From the NCBI GenBank assembly GCA_001643675.2, contig LSRY02000063.1, positions 369,379-433,378 of the forward strand: a DNA stretch of 64,000 nt, given 5' to 3'. Shown here one piece after another: positions 13,712-28,030 of this stretch. Source of the DNA: Monocercomonoides exilis PA203 (taxonomy: Eukaryota; Protista; Preaxostyla). How positions within the stretch are numbered: position 1 is the stretch's first letter; the number at the start of each line of letters is the position of its first letter. The notes below the pieces were generated by a model. It had not been told where the DNA came from. It saw nothing but the letters and a program-made list of their open reading frames with translations, and did no database searches. A program made the translations under genes and the position numbers.

Positions 13712-16377
13712 TTAAAAATCAATTTCCATGCTGTTGTTATTAATATCAATATTTAATGAATTATTAGAATTAAATGACATACCTGCGCCACTTTCTTCAT
13801 TTAAAAAAGAATTAGAAAAATCAGAATTGGAATTAAAAAAGGGAAATAAAAATGAATTGTTATTTTGAGAATTATTTGAATTATTAAAAATTGGAAAATT
13901 AACTTTTTCTAATATACCTTTCATACCTTTTTTTTGTCGCTCCATATCTGCTGTTCCGCTATGTAAAAAATCATTTTTTGATAAAGAAGAAAAATTCTCA
14001 GATCTGTTAAAAAATACAGAATCGATCATAAAAAATCTTTCTTTTATAATTTTTTTTACTGTTTTTCCAACTTTATTATTTCCTTCTGTTTCTTTGTCTT
14101 TTTCATTTTTTCTTTCGAATGTTTTTCTAATTTTTTCATTTTTTATTAATTTTTCAGAGAATTTTATTTTTTTCATATATTCAAAATTTTCTGAGCTTAT
14201 TGGTGAAGCAAATAATTCTCTTTCTTTTTTTTCAAAATATAAATATTTTTTCATACCTAATATTACCAGCTGGCCCCAATTTGTTTCTGATAATGTTTCG
14301 TGTCTAAAAAAAAAATATGAAGAAAAAATTTTATTAAAAAAATTTGTTAAGAAAACATCACACTTTAAAAAGTAATGTTTTGTATTAAAATTATTTTCGC
14401 TCTCTTTATTCATTTGCAAAGTTTCCAATTCCATTCCAGCCGAGTCGTTATTAATTTCTAAATTTTGAAAAAAGTTATTATTAAAAGAAGAAAAATTGGA
14501 GAGAGAAAAATTGGAATTATTATTAAAAAATTTATTGTGATTATAATTAGAATTAAAAAAAGAAATTAAATCATCTAAAGTATTTAAAACAGTATTATTT
14601 AAATTATTATTTAATAAATTAGTCAAATGACCAAATTCGCTGTCGCAATCATTTTTTCCATGATGCTCAGCAAAAAAAGATAAAGAACATTTTTTATTAT
14701 AAAATAAAGGAGAAGAATTTGAAAACAGAAAATGAAGGATATTAGAGTTTCTAAAATGAGGTCCATTGTCACAAAAAAAGTGAAAAAAATTAACATTTTC
14801 AAATAAATCAAATTTTAATAATTGAGTTATGCATTCACAAACAAAACAAAAATCATGAGATAAAATTTCTGAAAAAAAATTAAAACAATGTTTTTCCAAA
14901 ATGTTAAATTTATTAACTTTAAAAACAATAAAACACAATTGAGTAATTTGCTTTTTGTCGTAAAAGCTACGACCAGTTTCATTCATCATTATGGGCAATG
15001 CCCAGTTTTCTTTGAAGTCCATAATTATTGAAACTTCATTTTTTTTCATGCTATTTCTTGATAAATAAAAAAAATTTCTCTGGCATTGAGCCATTTTTTT
15101 ATGTTTTTCAATTAATTCCTTTTCTTCTTTTTCTTCAAAACTCAAAGACAAGTTTTTCTTTTTCAATTCTATTTCTTTCTTCTCCAAATAATTTCCTCTC
15201 TCGCACACATCACACAAATCAGTCCTCCTTTTTGCTTTTTTAAAATTTTTTGTTTTTTTACAAAAAGTAGAATATGCCATTTTAATATCTATTTCATTCT
15301 TCATTTCAAAAAATAAATTCTTTTTTGTATTTTCAATAATCCTTTTCTCATTTCTTAAAAAACATGATGAATATTTCAATTTCTTTTTATTGACTTTTTC
15401 ATTTTCAAGCACCTTTTCTTTATTGTTTTCTTCATTATCTATTATTTCAAATGATGACGAAGAAGTTTGAGAAGAAGTTTGAGAAGAAGTTTGAGAAGAA
15501 GTTTGAGAAGAAGTTTGAGAAGAAGTTATTTTTTTCGATTTGTTATTATCACTAATCTTATATTTTTTTTCTTTTTGATATTTTCTATCATCAATTTTCA
15601 TCTTTTCTTCATTTTTTTCTTTATTAATCTTTTTTTCTGTTTTTTTAATATTCAAAAATAAAAATTGAACATTAAAAATTAAATATCAAAAACAAGACAC
15701 ACTTTTATTTCGTCTTCGTTCGTTGAGGCAGCTGTATGAACTATGGCTCATCAGCCAATTTTCCACGTCAATTTTTCGATCTGTTGTTGTTAATGGATGA
15801 AAATTAATAGAAAACAGGAGATTTATTAAAACATTATATATAACAATAAATTTAATAATTATAATAACCTGCATTGTTGGAGCTGTTTTCGTCTTTTAAG
15901 TTTTTTCCGAGAACCTTGGCTTCTTTTCTCTTTTCCCGGGAATAGTAATATTCCCCTCGGGAAAGAGAAAAACCGTTTTCATTCAACTCTGCCATTGAAC
16001 AAACGGAAGAAGCACAAGAAAGAATTGAAACGCGATCCGAATTCCCGGGCGTTTTATAAAGATCCGCAAGATTGTTTAAAATCTTTGCAGTTTTCTCTTT
16101 CAATATGGAAAAAAATATATAAATAAAATTGTTTCATCAAATATTTAATCATAGAAATGAAAAAAAAAAACAATAAAAAAACAAAACTTAACGAAACAGC
16201 TTCAACAGCTTCGCGGAAGGGCTTTCCCAATTTGGAATGGTAAAGGAAGTGCATTAAGCACCCTTCATGATCATCGCAGGATAAATCTCGTATTTTTTCA
16301 AAAATTTCTTTTGCATGACGGCTTTTTGTAGCGCGTGGACGAGTGTAATATGGATGGCAATAGATTTCGTTTTCCAT
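13712..16377 (-). mobile_element. Sola2-like DDD DNA transposase gene, probably multi-exon
   Basis: ORF 13712-15655 has KRRTDLCDVCE (CxxC), IIMDFKENW, FFCDNGPHFRN and FFAEHHGKNDCDSEFG, similar to Sola2 motifs DF.EN / SD..../ HGK..CD. Upstream coding-like blocks (16377-16190, 16103-15870, 15780-15700) are separated by T-rich GT..AG segments. Confidence 0.6.
15460..15527 (+). repeat. 12-bp tandem repeat (GAAGAAGTTTGA) x~5
   Basis: Read directly; encodes SSQT repeats on the - strand. Confidence 0.9.
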
Positions 16378-19300
16378 ATTTTTGCTTATGGTTTCAAAAA
16401 AGTGTGATAAAACAATAAAGAAAGCTTGTATCTGTCAATGATGCTGTTGTAAGAGAAAAAATAAATATCTTTTTTGAGTACAAAAACTTACTCTTTATTT
16501 TTCCTTTTCTTCTCCATCCGTAACAATCCAGTCTTTTCGAACTTTTCTTAAGATTTTCTTCAGTCACGTTGATCCTCCAGTTCCAGCTTAAGCTCCAGTT
16601 GAAATTAATCATTTGCTGCACTATTCCCTTCTCACATATCTTCTGCTGCTTCATATTATTCACTTCAGAAGAAATAGAGAAGGATAACAATGAAAGAGAA
16701 GAAGAAGATATAATGCTGGATAAGCATTCGTTTAAAGAGAAGATGTTGCAGTAATTGACAGATATGATAGTTACAGCAATTCCCCCAAACTGAGAGCAAG
16801 AAAGGCAGATAAAAGAGAAGAGTCAGAAAAAGGAAAGGAAAAGAGATTAAAAGAGAGCAGGATTGCTGAAGTGCCTGGTACAAAGAAGAGTTGCTGTTAA
16901 GAAGCTCAAATTCTTCAAACAACATCATATCGCCTTTTGAAGAACAGGCAACCAGAAGAAGCGGATGCAGAATGAGCAGAAGAGGTACAGGAAGGGCTTT
17001 TCAAAACGATGAATCATTTGCGAACACGAAAGGCAAATTTGAACGAACAAGAAAAATGAAGAATTCTGGGATAATCCAAGGCACAGAATTTCGATTTAAG
17101 CTTACGGCTTTTTTGATGAGAAGCAGAAGTTATCAACTTGAACACGATAACGATGCCATTAGAAAAAATTTCCTCTTAAGTCAAATTGCCTTTCTGTCTA
17201 ATTCCTGGACAGGAATCTCGAACAAAGAAATAATCCCTTCTCCTCTCTTCGGTCGAGAACAAATGTCAATCAGCAGCTGAGACTGAAGAGCATTACAAAA
17301 GCGGATATTGCCATCTGCAACGAACGTGAAGTGCACGTCTCGATAGATACGCAAAAATCGGATGATAAAGTTCGTGATGCATCGTGCTCTCTTCTTCAGC
17401 TGCAAAATAGGATGTGTCAATGTGTATTGTGTGTTCTGTGCTTATTTTGAAGGCTGGGAAGATGAAAAAATGAGTCGTGTGGCTGTATTGTTGACGGAAG
17501 CGCAGAATATAAAGAAGATGAATCCTTATTCACTCCGAAATTTGTATGAAAGAGCAGTTTTGTCTGTTTGAAGAAGTGAGCCAGCTACTGTGTAAAATGA
17601 TGCATGAGTCGAAGGGAGTATTTTCGTTAAATTCTGTAAATCAAGCAAATCAAATCTATTTGGTTCATCATTGTCCTTCTCTTTTTTTTTGTCCGTCTCG
17701 TTCTCTTCAGAAAGAAGAAGCTATTGCCCTTTCCCAGAAAACAATGCATAGGCTGTGTCGTGTTCATTGTTGCTGTCTTCTGCTATCCTCATCTACTGTT
17801 GTTCCTCAATTTCCTGTTCAGCTTCCTCCAATTATGCAAGCATCTTCATTGCTGTCTATTAAATTTCATTCTTTCTCATTTTCTCCTCTCCTCCATCGTC
17901 TTCTTATTCATATGCTTCCTCAGATGTTAACAAGAGATCAAAAGCTGTTTTTAACAAAGCTGTTGCCTAAGTGCTGCAACACAACTAATCCTTCAGCAGA
18001 TGCTGTTTCAAAAAGAGGTGTTAAGCTTTTCGATTCAATTGTCACATCTCTTTTTTACATTCCATTTGTGATTGGACATAAGAATATGTGCTTTGGGACT
18101 TTGGTGGACGAGCACACATTTATCGATAACTGAGACGGTTTGGTAGAAAAAGAGGGAATAACAAGCTGTGAATAACCAGCTGTATAACGCACAACCTCGA
18201 AAGAGAAGAAGCCATTCTGCTCTTTCTCATTCTTTGTTTCCGTCAGGTGCAGCGTTTACTGTCTCTACTCCCTTTCCACTTCCTCCTTCGAGCTTTGAAA
18301 TGCAAACGTTGAATCAAAAATGAGGACGTTGGGCTGCATAGACTTTTTCGCTGAGTTAAACGAAAGGTGGATATTCGACTCTAGAGGCAGCTGAGGCTTT
18401 TCAACACAGTGTTCGTTGCTCCTCCAACCGACTGTGAAAACGAGCCGCAAGTTTGAAGGGATGATCGCATTCACCATATCACAATCGCCTGTCAGTGGGT
18501 GAGATGGGGCGTATGCATTTTCAAAGTTGATCCCATCGTTGTTGTTTGATATAACTCTCCACTTCCGCAGTTGATACAGACAAGCTGTCTCTCACTCTAT
18601 TCCAGATAAGAACAGAGTGAGAGTTGAAGAGCTGAAAAGAAAAGTTGAAAGCCATCTACCCTGCCACCACCTTCCACACATTCGCCACACAGCTGGTATC
18701 AATTGTGATGAGTTTGCAGAAGATGGTGCTTTTGACGATGAAGTCGATGCATGTTTAGTCGAATATGTCACAACGGACGGAGAAGATGATGGAGCGCCAC
18801 ACGAACAGCCGCTTGCTTTGCATCACGATCACATTATTTTTCATTTTAAGAATATTCTTTACCGAAACCAGGTGCTTTGACTTCTTGACTCCTTTCTATT
18901 TCTTTTTCTTTTTCTCTTTTCCTTCTCTTCTAACATTCATCTTGTTTCCGTCTTCCATTTTTCCCTGAATAAGATGCATTTGAAGAATTAACAGAATTGC
19001 TTCTGCTGTTGTATTCCTGCTCCAGTTCTTCTTTCTTCTTCTTCTTCTTCTTCTTCTTCTTCTTCTTCTTTTTTTTTTTTTTTTTTGCTTCAACAAAGTG
19101 TTAAAGCATCGTTATTGGAGAAATGAACAACTGTGACGCTTCTTCGAATGAAGACACCATCTATTCACACATCTGCCACAGGATGCCAGCATTCTTGCTG
19201 TTATATCAAAAAAGAAAGAAACCGGATAATCCCTGTCCAATCTGGCTGACCTTTTCAATTCTTCAAGAGAGTTGAGCATGCTTTGGTTCCACAGCAGAAT

Positions 19301-22300
19301 CCTTCCTCCAAATTCAGCTTTGTCTAAAAGACACATCTTCCTCATCAATTTTATTCACAACACGCATCTCTTGTGAGCGGGGAGGAGAGCTTAACGAGAG
19401 AGCCTGTTGAAGATGAAAAAGGCATAGATTGTTATGAACTCTTTGCATGAATAGCAGTACATTTTGGTTTTGTTTTTGAAGTTCTTTTCATATCATCGTC
19501 TCTGGCAATAGTTGCATTGGCTGCTATCATTTTCTCCATTTGCATGTTTGATTAACCAAATCATTTCGAGCATTTCAATTGGTAGGAACTTCGCAATGTA
19601 GTTATTAGAGGTATAATCAGGAACTATTCCTCTTCAGCATTGAACAATGTGGTGATTGCTTTAATATGGACATGCATTGAAAAATTTTCATCAGTTGCAC
19701 AATCATCAAGACGAGGGCACAAGCTGCTTTCAAATGAGAAAGATGAGGAAGATAATGATTGCCATGCTGGAGTAGAGAAGTGAGGGGAGTTGCGAGATAA
19801 ATGTCAGCGAGATGATTAAGAAAAAGAAAAAGAAAATAATGATGAAGTATAAAGAAAATAAGATAAAACAGATGATGAGAAGAAAAAGAAGGCAGTGTCA
19901 TAAGAGAGAAGAGGTTGATTTCTTAAAAAAATAATGAGAAAATTTAAAAGAACAACAATTATAAATAAAAATAAAACAAAATGTTTTCATATTGTTGAAA
20001 GAATTCAAATACAATAAAGATAATTATAATGATATTTCATATATAATTTAATAAATCATACTAAAAGCATTTTAATAAAAATTGCAAGTTGGGAAAGTTG
20101 GAGCGCAAGCACTGAGAAGAGGGTCCAGAACAGTGAATACGATAGAGACGAGGCTGAAGAGGCGGACGAAGAATGACAAGAGCAAAAAGATATACACAGA
20201 AACTTTGTCTTCTGCAGATCAGATTGAGTGAACGATGAAGAAGAGGACGAGGTGGCGTATGAGAGCAGATGAAAGAAAGGTGCGTTCTATGGAGAGAAGG
20301 TCCGGGGTGGATAGATTCCTGGAGAAAGAGAAGTTAAAAAAAAGAATGTTAATTGTTTTAAATTAAAAAGGTAGATCGTATTTATATATTTGAAAGGATC
20401 ATAAAGAATATGAGTTGACAAACATCAAAATTCTTATCACTTTCAATTCAAAACAAATAAATAAAAAAATACATACCACCTAATACAACACGGTTGCCGA
20501 TGAGAATTCATTGTTGCTCATGTCTGGTTATTCTGTGTGATTGTCCAATTCTCACAAAAATCTTGCTGTTCTCTGGAACAAAATGGCTCTAATTTGCCAA
20601 GAAGAAACAGAAGATTGCGAATAGAAGCTGTATTGTTCATCCCACATTCCTCCTCATGTTCCCCTCCTCTGCTTGCATTGTTGTTGTTGTTGCCTTTCCT
20701 GCTATTTGCAGAATATCTTGATTAACTTTTATCTTCACTTGCATAAGGATTTCTATTGCCATCAAAATTGCTATTGCTATTCTCGGTGCCAAAAGCAGAG
20801 ATCTGAGAATAGAGCGAGTCTGCTGAGCGGATTATCTCAATAGCTCAAAATAAGGAGGCAACTTCGTTTGCAAGAAGGATGAGATGCGCAATGAGACGAG
20901 TGCGGAGCGAGGCTACAACTGAAACATGATCTGAAAAGCAGAGCAGAGCAAGAAAGAGAGATTCAAGAGTTTCAGCGGTACCGCTGCTGAGTGGATGTCG
21001 AAGAAGATGGCCTGTCGCAGGAAGGCGAGAGAAGAAGAAGAATAGGATGAAGAGGAAGAGGAAGAGGAAGAGGAAGAGGAAGGAGACTTTGGTTGGAGCC
21101 TCGCATTATGCTTGCCAAACAACAACAACAAAGAAGCTGATGATGGAGCAGACCAATGTGTGGTGGGCGTGAAAGATTTGCTTGATAGAGTCACTTTGAA
21201 CTATTTTGAAAAGATCGTCTCCAGCTGGTGCCTCTTAATTTGAATGAATAATTGCCTTTTCGACCGAAGCGTAAGAACTGAAAGGAGATAAAAATGAACC
21301 ACATTGAAGAAGATCGATGGATCAGAAGAGGAGGAGGCTATAGAAGAAGATGAAGACGATGACACTGTTGGAGACGACGATGATGATTATGCAAGAGAAG
21401 GAGTGGAAATGATGTCACTGACTTTGGAATCTGCATCATCGCCCCAATGTCAAGAGACTTCCGCAGTAAGCCTGTTCTAAATGACGAAGAATACGAAATG
21501 GAATACTAACGAATAGACGAGAAAGATGTAGAAGAACACGAACTCCAACCAGAAAAGCTTCTGTTTTTCATCTCAAATTCCATCGAATTCAACGAAGACG
21601 ATCTTTTCATCTCTCTTTCCTCCAACCCATTCATTTTCCGTATCGTTGCTTGCCCATTCTTATCCAATACAGATTCCACCACGCATGCCACGTTTTATTC
21701 TTTCAGTTCACTTTTCGTTAATTCATCCACCAACTTCAACAATGTCATCTTTTCTTTCAAATCTGAAGAAGGCCATAAACACCACTGGCTTCGGATTATC
21801 TCAATGCAATTTCTGAAAATATTCGTTTAACATATAATAAAGAAAAAAAAGGAGATGAAGAAAGACAAAAAAGCAAAACTGGTGGTTTTTCTTCTTTTCA
21901 TTTCCTGAAAAAAAATATTGAATTCTGAATCTCCCATGGTTATCGCTTCGACTTTCAATTTCCGTTTGAATGATTAATTTTTCTTTATTCAACAATAACT
22001 TATTCGAACAAAATATCGCTCATAAAAACAAACCTTCAAATGTCACTCGGACAATTCGATTATGTTTATTATCATATCATTCATTTTTGCAAATACAAAT
22101 ATTAATCTTTGTCGCTCATTTTTGATTCCTTTTCCAAATATTTCTTTTTATATTGAATTGTTTCTAAAACTCAAAATAAACATTTATTATGGAATGGTTT
22201 TCAATTCCTTTTTTTGTTTCATTGGACTATAAACATTATGACTAGAATGCAGAATAAGTTTGGAACAAAACATGGTTTTTTTCATAAATGAAAAAATTAT

Positions 22301-25300
22301 GCCCCATATCACTTATTTTAAAAAAAGTTTCTATGGGAAATTGACGAATTGTCAAATGCGGAATTTTTGATCGTCAGTGACGGTCATGCCCGTCACAACA
22401 AGTCGGGTCAAACTCTCCATGAGTTTAAGAGAAAAATAATAGCGATTCGGTTTATTGAAGGAAAAAATGTCATGCTTCCATCTGAACTAGTCTGATATAA
22501 TTGGTATATATTTGAATTTTTTATATGTTTCCTTCATAAATTGCTTCATATTACTCGAAAGCAGATTCTTTGTGGTCACCTGCTGATAATAATCAATTTT
22601 CTTCATTTGGATCTTTGAAGAGAGAACCAAAAATATCTTCAATAGCTGGAGTTTCAAGGAGATTTTTTGAAAACGAAAAATTATTATCAGTTGAATTGTG
22701 AAATCAACATTTTTTCAACAATTAGATCATCTACAGAAAAAGATAATGATGAAAGCGAAATCAACAAAGAGTCAAGCAAAAATGAAAAATTTTCTGTGCT
22801 CCTGCTTATTACGGAAATAAAAAGATGAAATTATTCATCCAAAATTTTAACTAAGTTAATGAAGAAAATTTTGATCCATTTAATGAAGCAGATGAATGTT
22901 TATTTGATCAAGCCAAAGAAAATAATTGTGGAGATAATTTTGTTCCAATAAGAAATGAATTATCACGAGATGAATTCACATTATTAACTTTATTTTATTC
23001 TTAATCGGTTTCTTCTTCATCAATTTCTTCATTTTAATCTTCATTGTTATCATATTCACATTTGTTATAAAAAAGTGTTATTATCAAAAAAGAAAGTTAA
23101 ATAAACTCTATCTCAACTCTTCGAAGAAAATGATTTGATGGAAGACAATCGTTTTGAAGATCTCGAAATTTATCCTGAAGCCAACTGTGAAAGAATCATC
23201 TCTGGGATGCTTCACAAACTGGATGATAAAAGACATTCATTAGGCACAAAGCATTGGATGAACTGTTGAGGTTGTTGTTCATGCTTTTCATTTGCGCACA
23301 TCATTATTTAGAGGTTTTTTTTTTTGATTTTTAGCTTTTCATATCAAAATAAAAGCTGATGAAAATTTATAAGATCTTCTGTATTTAATAATTTTTTTCA
23401 AACATTGAGATGAACGAAAAAATATCTCGAAAACTGTGGAATAAACAGTTTAATATTGTTTCGATACTTTTATTGCATTCACACATAATATTTGAGAAGC
23501 AGAATCTTTTTCTTCTTTTTCATTCTTCGATTTTTCTCATTCATCTCATACTCTTTGAACTTCTTTCTTTTCACGGTAAACGTATTGGTAAGGCAGATGA
23601 GGAGAATGAGATGCACCCGCCATCTGTGGCAGTCTGTTGGTGTTGTGGAGCTGAGTTAATGTTGGTAATGGTGCAGTTGGTGAAGGAGAGGGAGAGGGCA
23701 GGGGAGGTGGCAGAGGAGAGGATGCAGCTGGCGGGGGTGGCTGTGGCGGTGATGTGAGTTATGTTGGAGGAGTTGAGGGTGAGGGGAGCGGTTAGGGAGG
23801 TGAGGTGGAAGATGCTCTGGCTGTTGAGGGGTAGACTGGTGATTGCTGTGTGGTTGAGGGCGAGGGAGCCAGCAGTGAGGAAGAAAAGAGGTGTTTTTAT
23901 TGTTATGGAGGTTGTTCCGGTGATGGTGGTTGTGTTGAGGTTGAGGAAAGGGGAGTTTTCGGAGAGGTGGAAGAGGATGGGGGTGATTTGATTTGAGGAG
24001 TTGTGGGCGATGGCGAGGGCAGAGACTGTGAGGGAGCCCTGGGTCTGTTGGAAGAGAGCAGACGAGGCAGATGGATCTGGTGGAGAATATGTTGATGAAT
24101 GAAATGAAGAAGAATTGATTGTGAGATTTGCATTAGTGCAATTAACTTTTTGTGCTCCACCCCAATCGCTTCCGCCATTTGAATCGTTCCATTCACACCA
24201 CTCAAATTTGTGGCTGTTCTCATCAAAAGCAGTCAGTCTTCCAGATGTTTCTCTTAGAGATTCAGTTCCAACATGAACAAGAGTGTCATTTGGAGATCTT
24301 ATTTGGCCGAAGTTTGTTGCACCAATTAGCAGAAAAAAGCGATCGAGTGGTGTGGAAGTGGGAACGGATACGGAAGAGAAGAAGAAAAAGAAATGTCAAT
24401 ATGGAAAAATGTGTCGAAAAAGTGACTTTTTAAGAAAACACTACGAATATTCGAATTGAAGAGGTATTTAGGGTTTGCATAAAACCATCTTCCTCACAGA
24501 AATGTGTGTGTATGAATTGTGTCTTTGAAATATTTTTATAAAAAAACGATGAAAAATGAATAATCAGATTAATTTTATAAAGTTCAAACTGTTAAAGTTG
24601 TTATCAGAAAATTCATGGAATAAACAATAAGAATGCGACTACTAAATGAACATTATCACATTATCAATGCGCAACAATTCTTGCAAATGAACAATTCATT
24701 CAAAGAAAAAATGGAAATTTATTTTTGGGAAAAGATTTTAAATGTTCAACATAGACAATATTTGCAAAATAATGTGCAAAGAAAACATATAAATGGATTT
24801 GGGTCTGAATCATATAAAACGAATTCTTTAAAAAAAAAATTCACTGACGTGAACAGAAATCACTGACGGACGTAATAACAAAAATTACTGTGCGTCACTC
24901 AGGTAAACCTCCTCGTCACCCTGCCAGTGACGAGCCTTTTTTTCTTTAGTGACTGACTAATTGATAATAACTTTGTCACTTTTTTATTTAATCGAAAGTT
25001 CTTTTTTTTCTGCTGGCTTGTCCATACAGAAAATTAAATTTTGTTGTCCTTTTTAAAAAAAATATTTATTTTTAATTGGAAAAAAAAAAAGTTTTTTCTT
25101 TCCTAACTTAGATTTCAATTTTTAATTTTTGTATAAGAATTTTGATCAAGTCAGTTAATGATTTCTTTGATCGTCACTTTTTCAGATCTTTTGCCACTTT
25201 CCAAAATTTTGTCACTTTCGTCACTGTCAATTCACTTGTCAATTATTAATGAAAAAACAAAATATTGGTTTCTCGGATTCGACAAATGGAGATTTTTTGA

Positions 25301-26899
25301 GAATTGATTAGATAATCGTGGAAATTTCATATTCATCATGCTCTGAAAATTGAATGGAGTGCTCAAAGCTGGAAGCAATGGTGAAAAGATACTTGACTTA
25401 CAAGAAAGTGAAAATTTTGATAAATTGTTTTGTTTTAAAGAAGATGTTCATTATCATAAAAAATTGAACATCAAATACGAAGGAATTCATTGAAGAAAGA
25501 TAATAATTGTGCAGTTCGCTAATAATAACATTTGTGAAGTGAAGGAGGGACATGCAGATTATGATGATGCGAATCGCACGGGTTCTTTTCAGCCAGTGAA
25601 CGGAGTCTATTTTAATGTTTTAGTATAGAAAATAATGCATTTTGCAGAATATTCAATACAGTGTTCAACTATTGATATTTTCGACTGATTTACAGAATCA
25701 GAGAAACTTGATTAAACTTGTTCGGTCAAGGAAAAAAGAGCTTATTAAACTTTGTTTGTTGTCGTATTTATCAACTTTTAAAAAAAATGAAATGGATAAA
25801 TGCATGATTGATGACGTTTCAAATAATCCTCACTCAATATTTTCAGAGAAAGTGATATCATCAATATATTCTCAACATTTTTAAATGGTCCATTCCAATT
25901 TCTGTTCAGTTAATTTTTTGGAAATCGATTATTTTCTAGAGATTGCAAAGCAGTTGGGGAAAAACGTCAGAGCTCATCAATTGAGATTAAGAACTGTTCG
26001 TTAAAATTGTGACATTGTGAGATTATCTTTTTTCAGATCATTTTCATTTCTTATTTTAAATAAACATGCGAATTTTGAATGTGACATCTCATATTTTTTC
26101 AAAATGAAAATGATTTTCCTTTCTTCAGTCAATAATCATAATTCCACCAATCTCTTCTTTTGTTCAAACCATTTCTCTCCGATGGGCATTTTGCCTTTTT
26201 TCGCCTTCAAGCAGCGCAATCTCCTAAATTGCATGCGCCGTTTTTGCAGAATTCAACAAGATAAGGTTATCAAACGAGCTGGTGCTGCTTCCAAAAACAT
26301 ACGTATTGCTCTCTTCTCTATTTCGATAAGCGCAAGATGCAGAATTTTCTTCAGAAGCACAATGCAATGAAAAATGATTATCAATGCTTCCATATTCTCA
26401 GCACTCAGCTGAAAGATGGCTGGAATCTGCTTTCGGATGCACGAGAAGCTTCTTTTTCAGACGGAGTGGACGAAAGAGAGAAGAAGGAAAGGCCGGATTG
26501 GTGTGTGAGTGGAGTGTTTGAGAAAGAGAGGCATAAGAATGAAGAGAGCGATGGATGCGAAGCGGGAAGCGGTGGTGTTTCCGTAGAAAGAAATGCAGAG
26601 AGAAGGAAAAATTGTAATGCATGTGTTGAAGTGGTAAATAAGAATTAAATGGACTTATTGTTGTTTGATAATTCAATTATGAAAACGAAATGAAAAAAGA
26701 GAATCCGAAGATGAATTATTATCGTTTGAGGAAGAAGACAGAGAAGAATGAGAGAAGAAAAAGAAGAAGAAATTGTTTGTTGAAGCAAATTTCGCTCTAT
26801 TCTATCAGTAAGCAAGTTATCATATTCGATTTTAGAGGCGAAATGGAGTTTGCGAGGGAAAGAAAAGAAGAGAAGGAAAAAAGATAGGAGAGAAAAGAG

Positions 26900-26914
26900 G
26901 CAGAAGAAGAAGAT

Positions 26915-26946
<32 letters not shown>

Positions 26947-27067
26947 AGAAGAAGAAGAAGAAGAAGAAGAAGAAGAAGAAGAAGAAGAAGAAGAAGAAGA
27001 AGAAGAAGAAGAAGAAGAAGAAGAAGAAGAAGAAGAAGAAGAAGAATAAGAAGAAGAAGAAGAAGAA

Positions 27068-27098
<31 letters not shown>

Positions 27099-27130
27099 AA
27101 GAAGAAGAAGAAGAAGAAGAAGAAGAAGAA

Positions 27131-27161
<31 letters not shown>

Positions 27162-27232
27162 AAGAATAAGAAGAAGAAGAAGAAGAAGAAGAATAAGAAG
27201 AAGAAGAAGAAGAATAAGAAGAAGAAGAAGAA

Positions 27233-27263
<31 letters not shown>

Positions 27264-27480
27264 AATGATAAGGAAATCAGTTTCCTTCAAAACATTCAGC
27301 AAGCAAAGCTGAAGTTGTCTGTTGGATTTTCTTAAAAACCTGTTTATTTGCTGAAGAGAGGAAAGAGAAGAAGAAGATGAAGAAGAAGAAGAAGAAGAAG
27401 AAGAAGAAGAAGAAGAAGAAGAAGAAGAAGAAGAAGAAGAAGAAGAAGAAGAAGAAGAAGAAGAAGAAGAAGAAGAAGAA

Positions 27481-27511
<31 letters not shown>

Positions 27512-27528
27512 AAGAAGAAGAAGAAGAA

Positions 27529-27602
<74 letters not shown>

Positions 27603-27693
27603 AGAAGAAGAAGAAGAAGAAGAAGAAGAAGAAGAAGAAGAAGAAGAAGAAGAAGAAGAAGAAGAAGAAGAATAAGAAGAAGAAGAAGAAGAA

Positions 27694-27724
<31 letters not shown>

Positions 27725-27756
27725 AAGAAGAAGAAGAAGAAGAAGAATAAGAAGAA

Positions 27757-27787
<31 letters not shown>

Positions 27788-28030
27788 AATGATAAGGAAA
27801 TCAGTTTCCTTCAAAACATTCAGCAAGCAAAGCTGAAGTTGTCTGTTGGATTTTCTTAAAAACCTGTTTATTTGCTGAAGAGAGGAAAGAGAAGAAGAAG
27901 ATGAAGAAGAAGAAGAAGAAGAAGAAGAAGAAGAAGAAGATGAAGAATAAGAAGAAGTAGAAGAAGAAAAAATAGAAGAGGATGAAGAATAAGAAGAAGT
28001 AGAAGAAGAAAAAATAGAAGAGGATGATGA
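26900..28030 (+). repeat. long (GAA)n microsatellites with TAA interruptions, containing two copies of a 117-bp cassette
   Basis: Read directly. Cassette AATGATAAGGAAATCAGTTTCCTT...GAAGATGA at 27264-27380 and 27788-27904. Confidence 0.95.

Noticed and set aside
19100-19560. Possible DIRS-like retroelement remnants (FGGRILLW; also 40300-41400)
   Set aside because: No RT, RNase H or tyrosine-recombinase catalytic motifs could be recovered; too degenerate.
25300-25900. Possible further DDE_1 relic (ANRTGSFQPVN)
   Set aside because: A single weak motif among many stops is insufficient.
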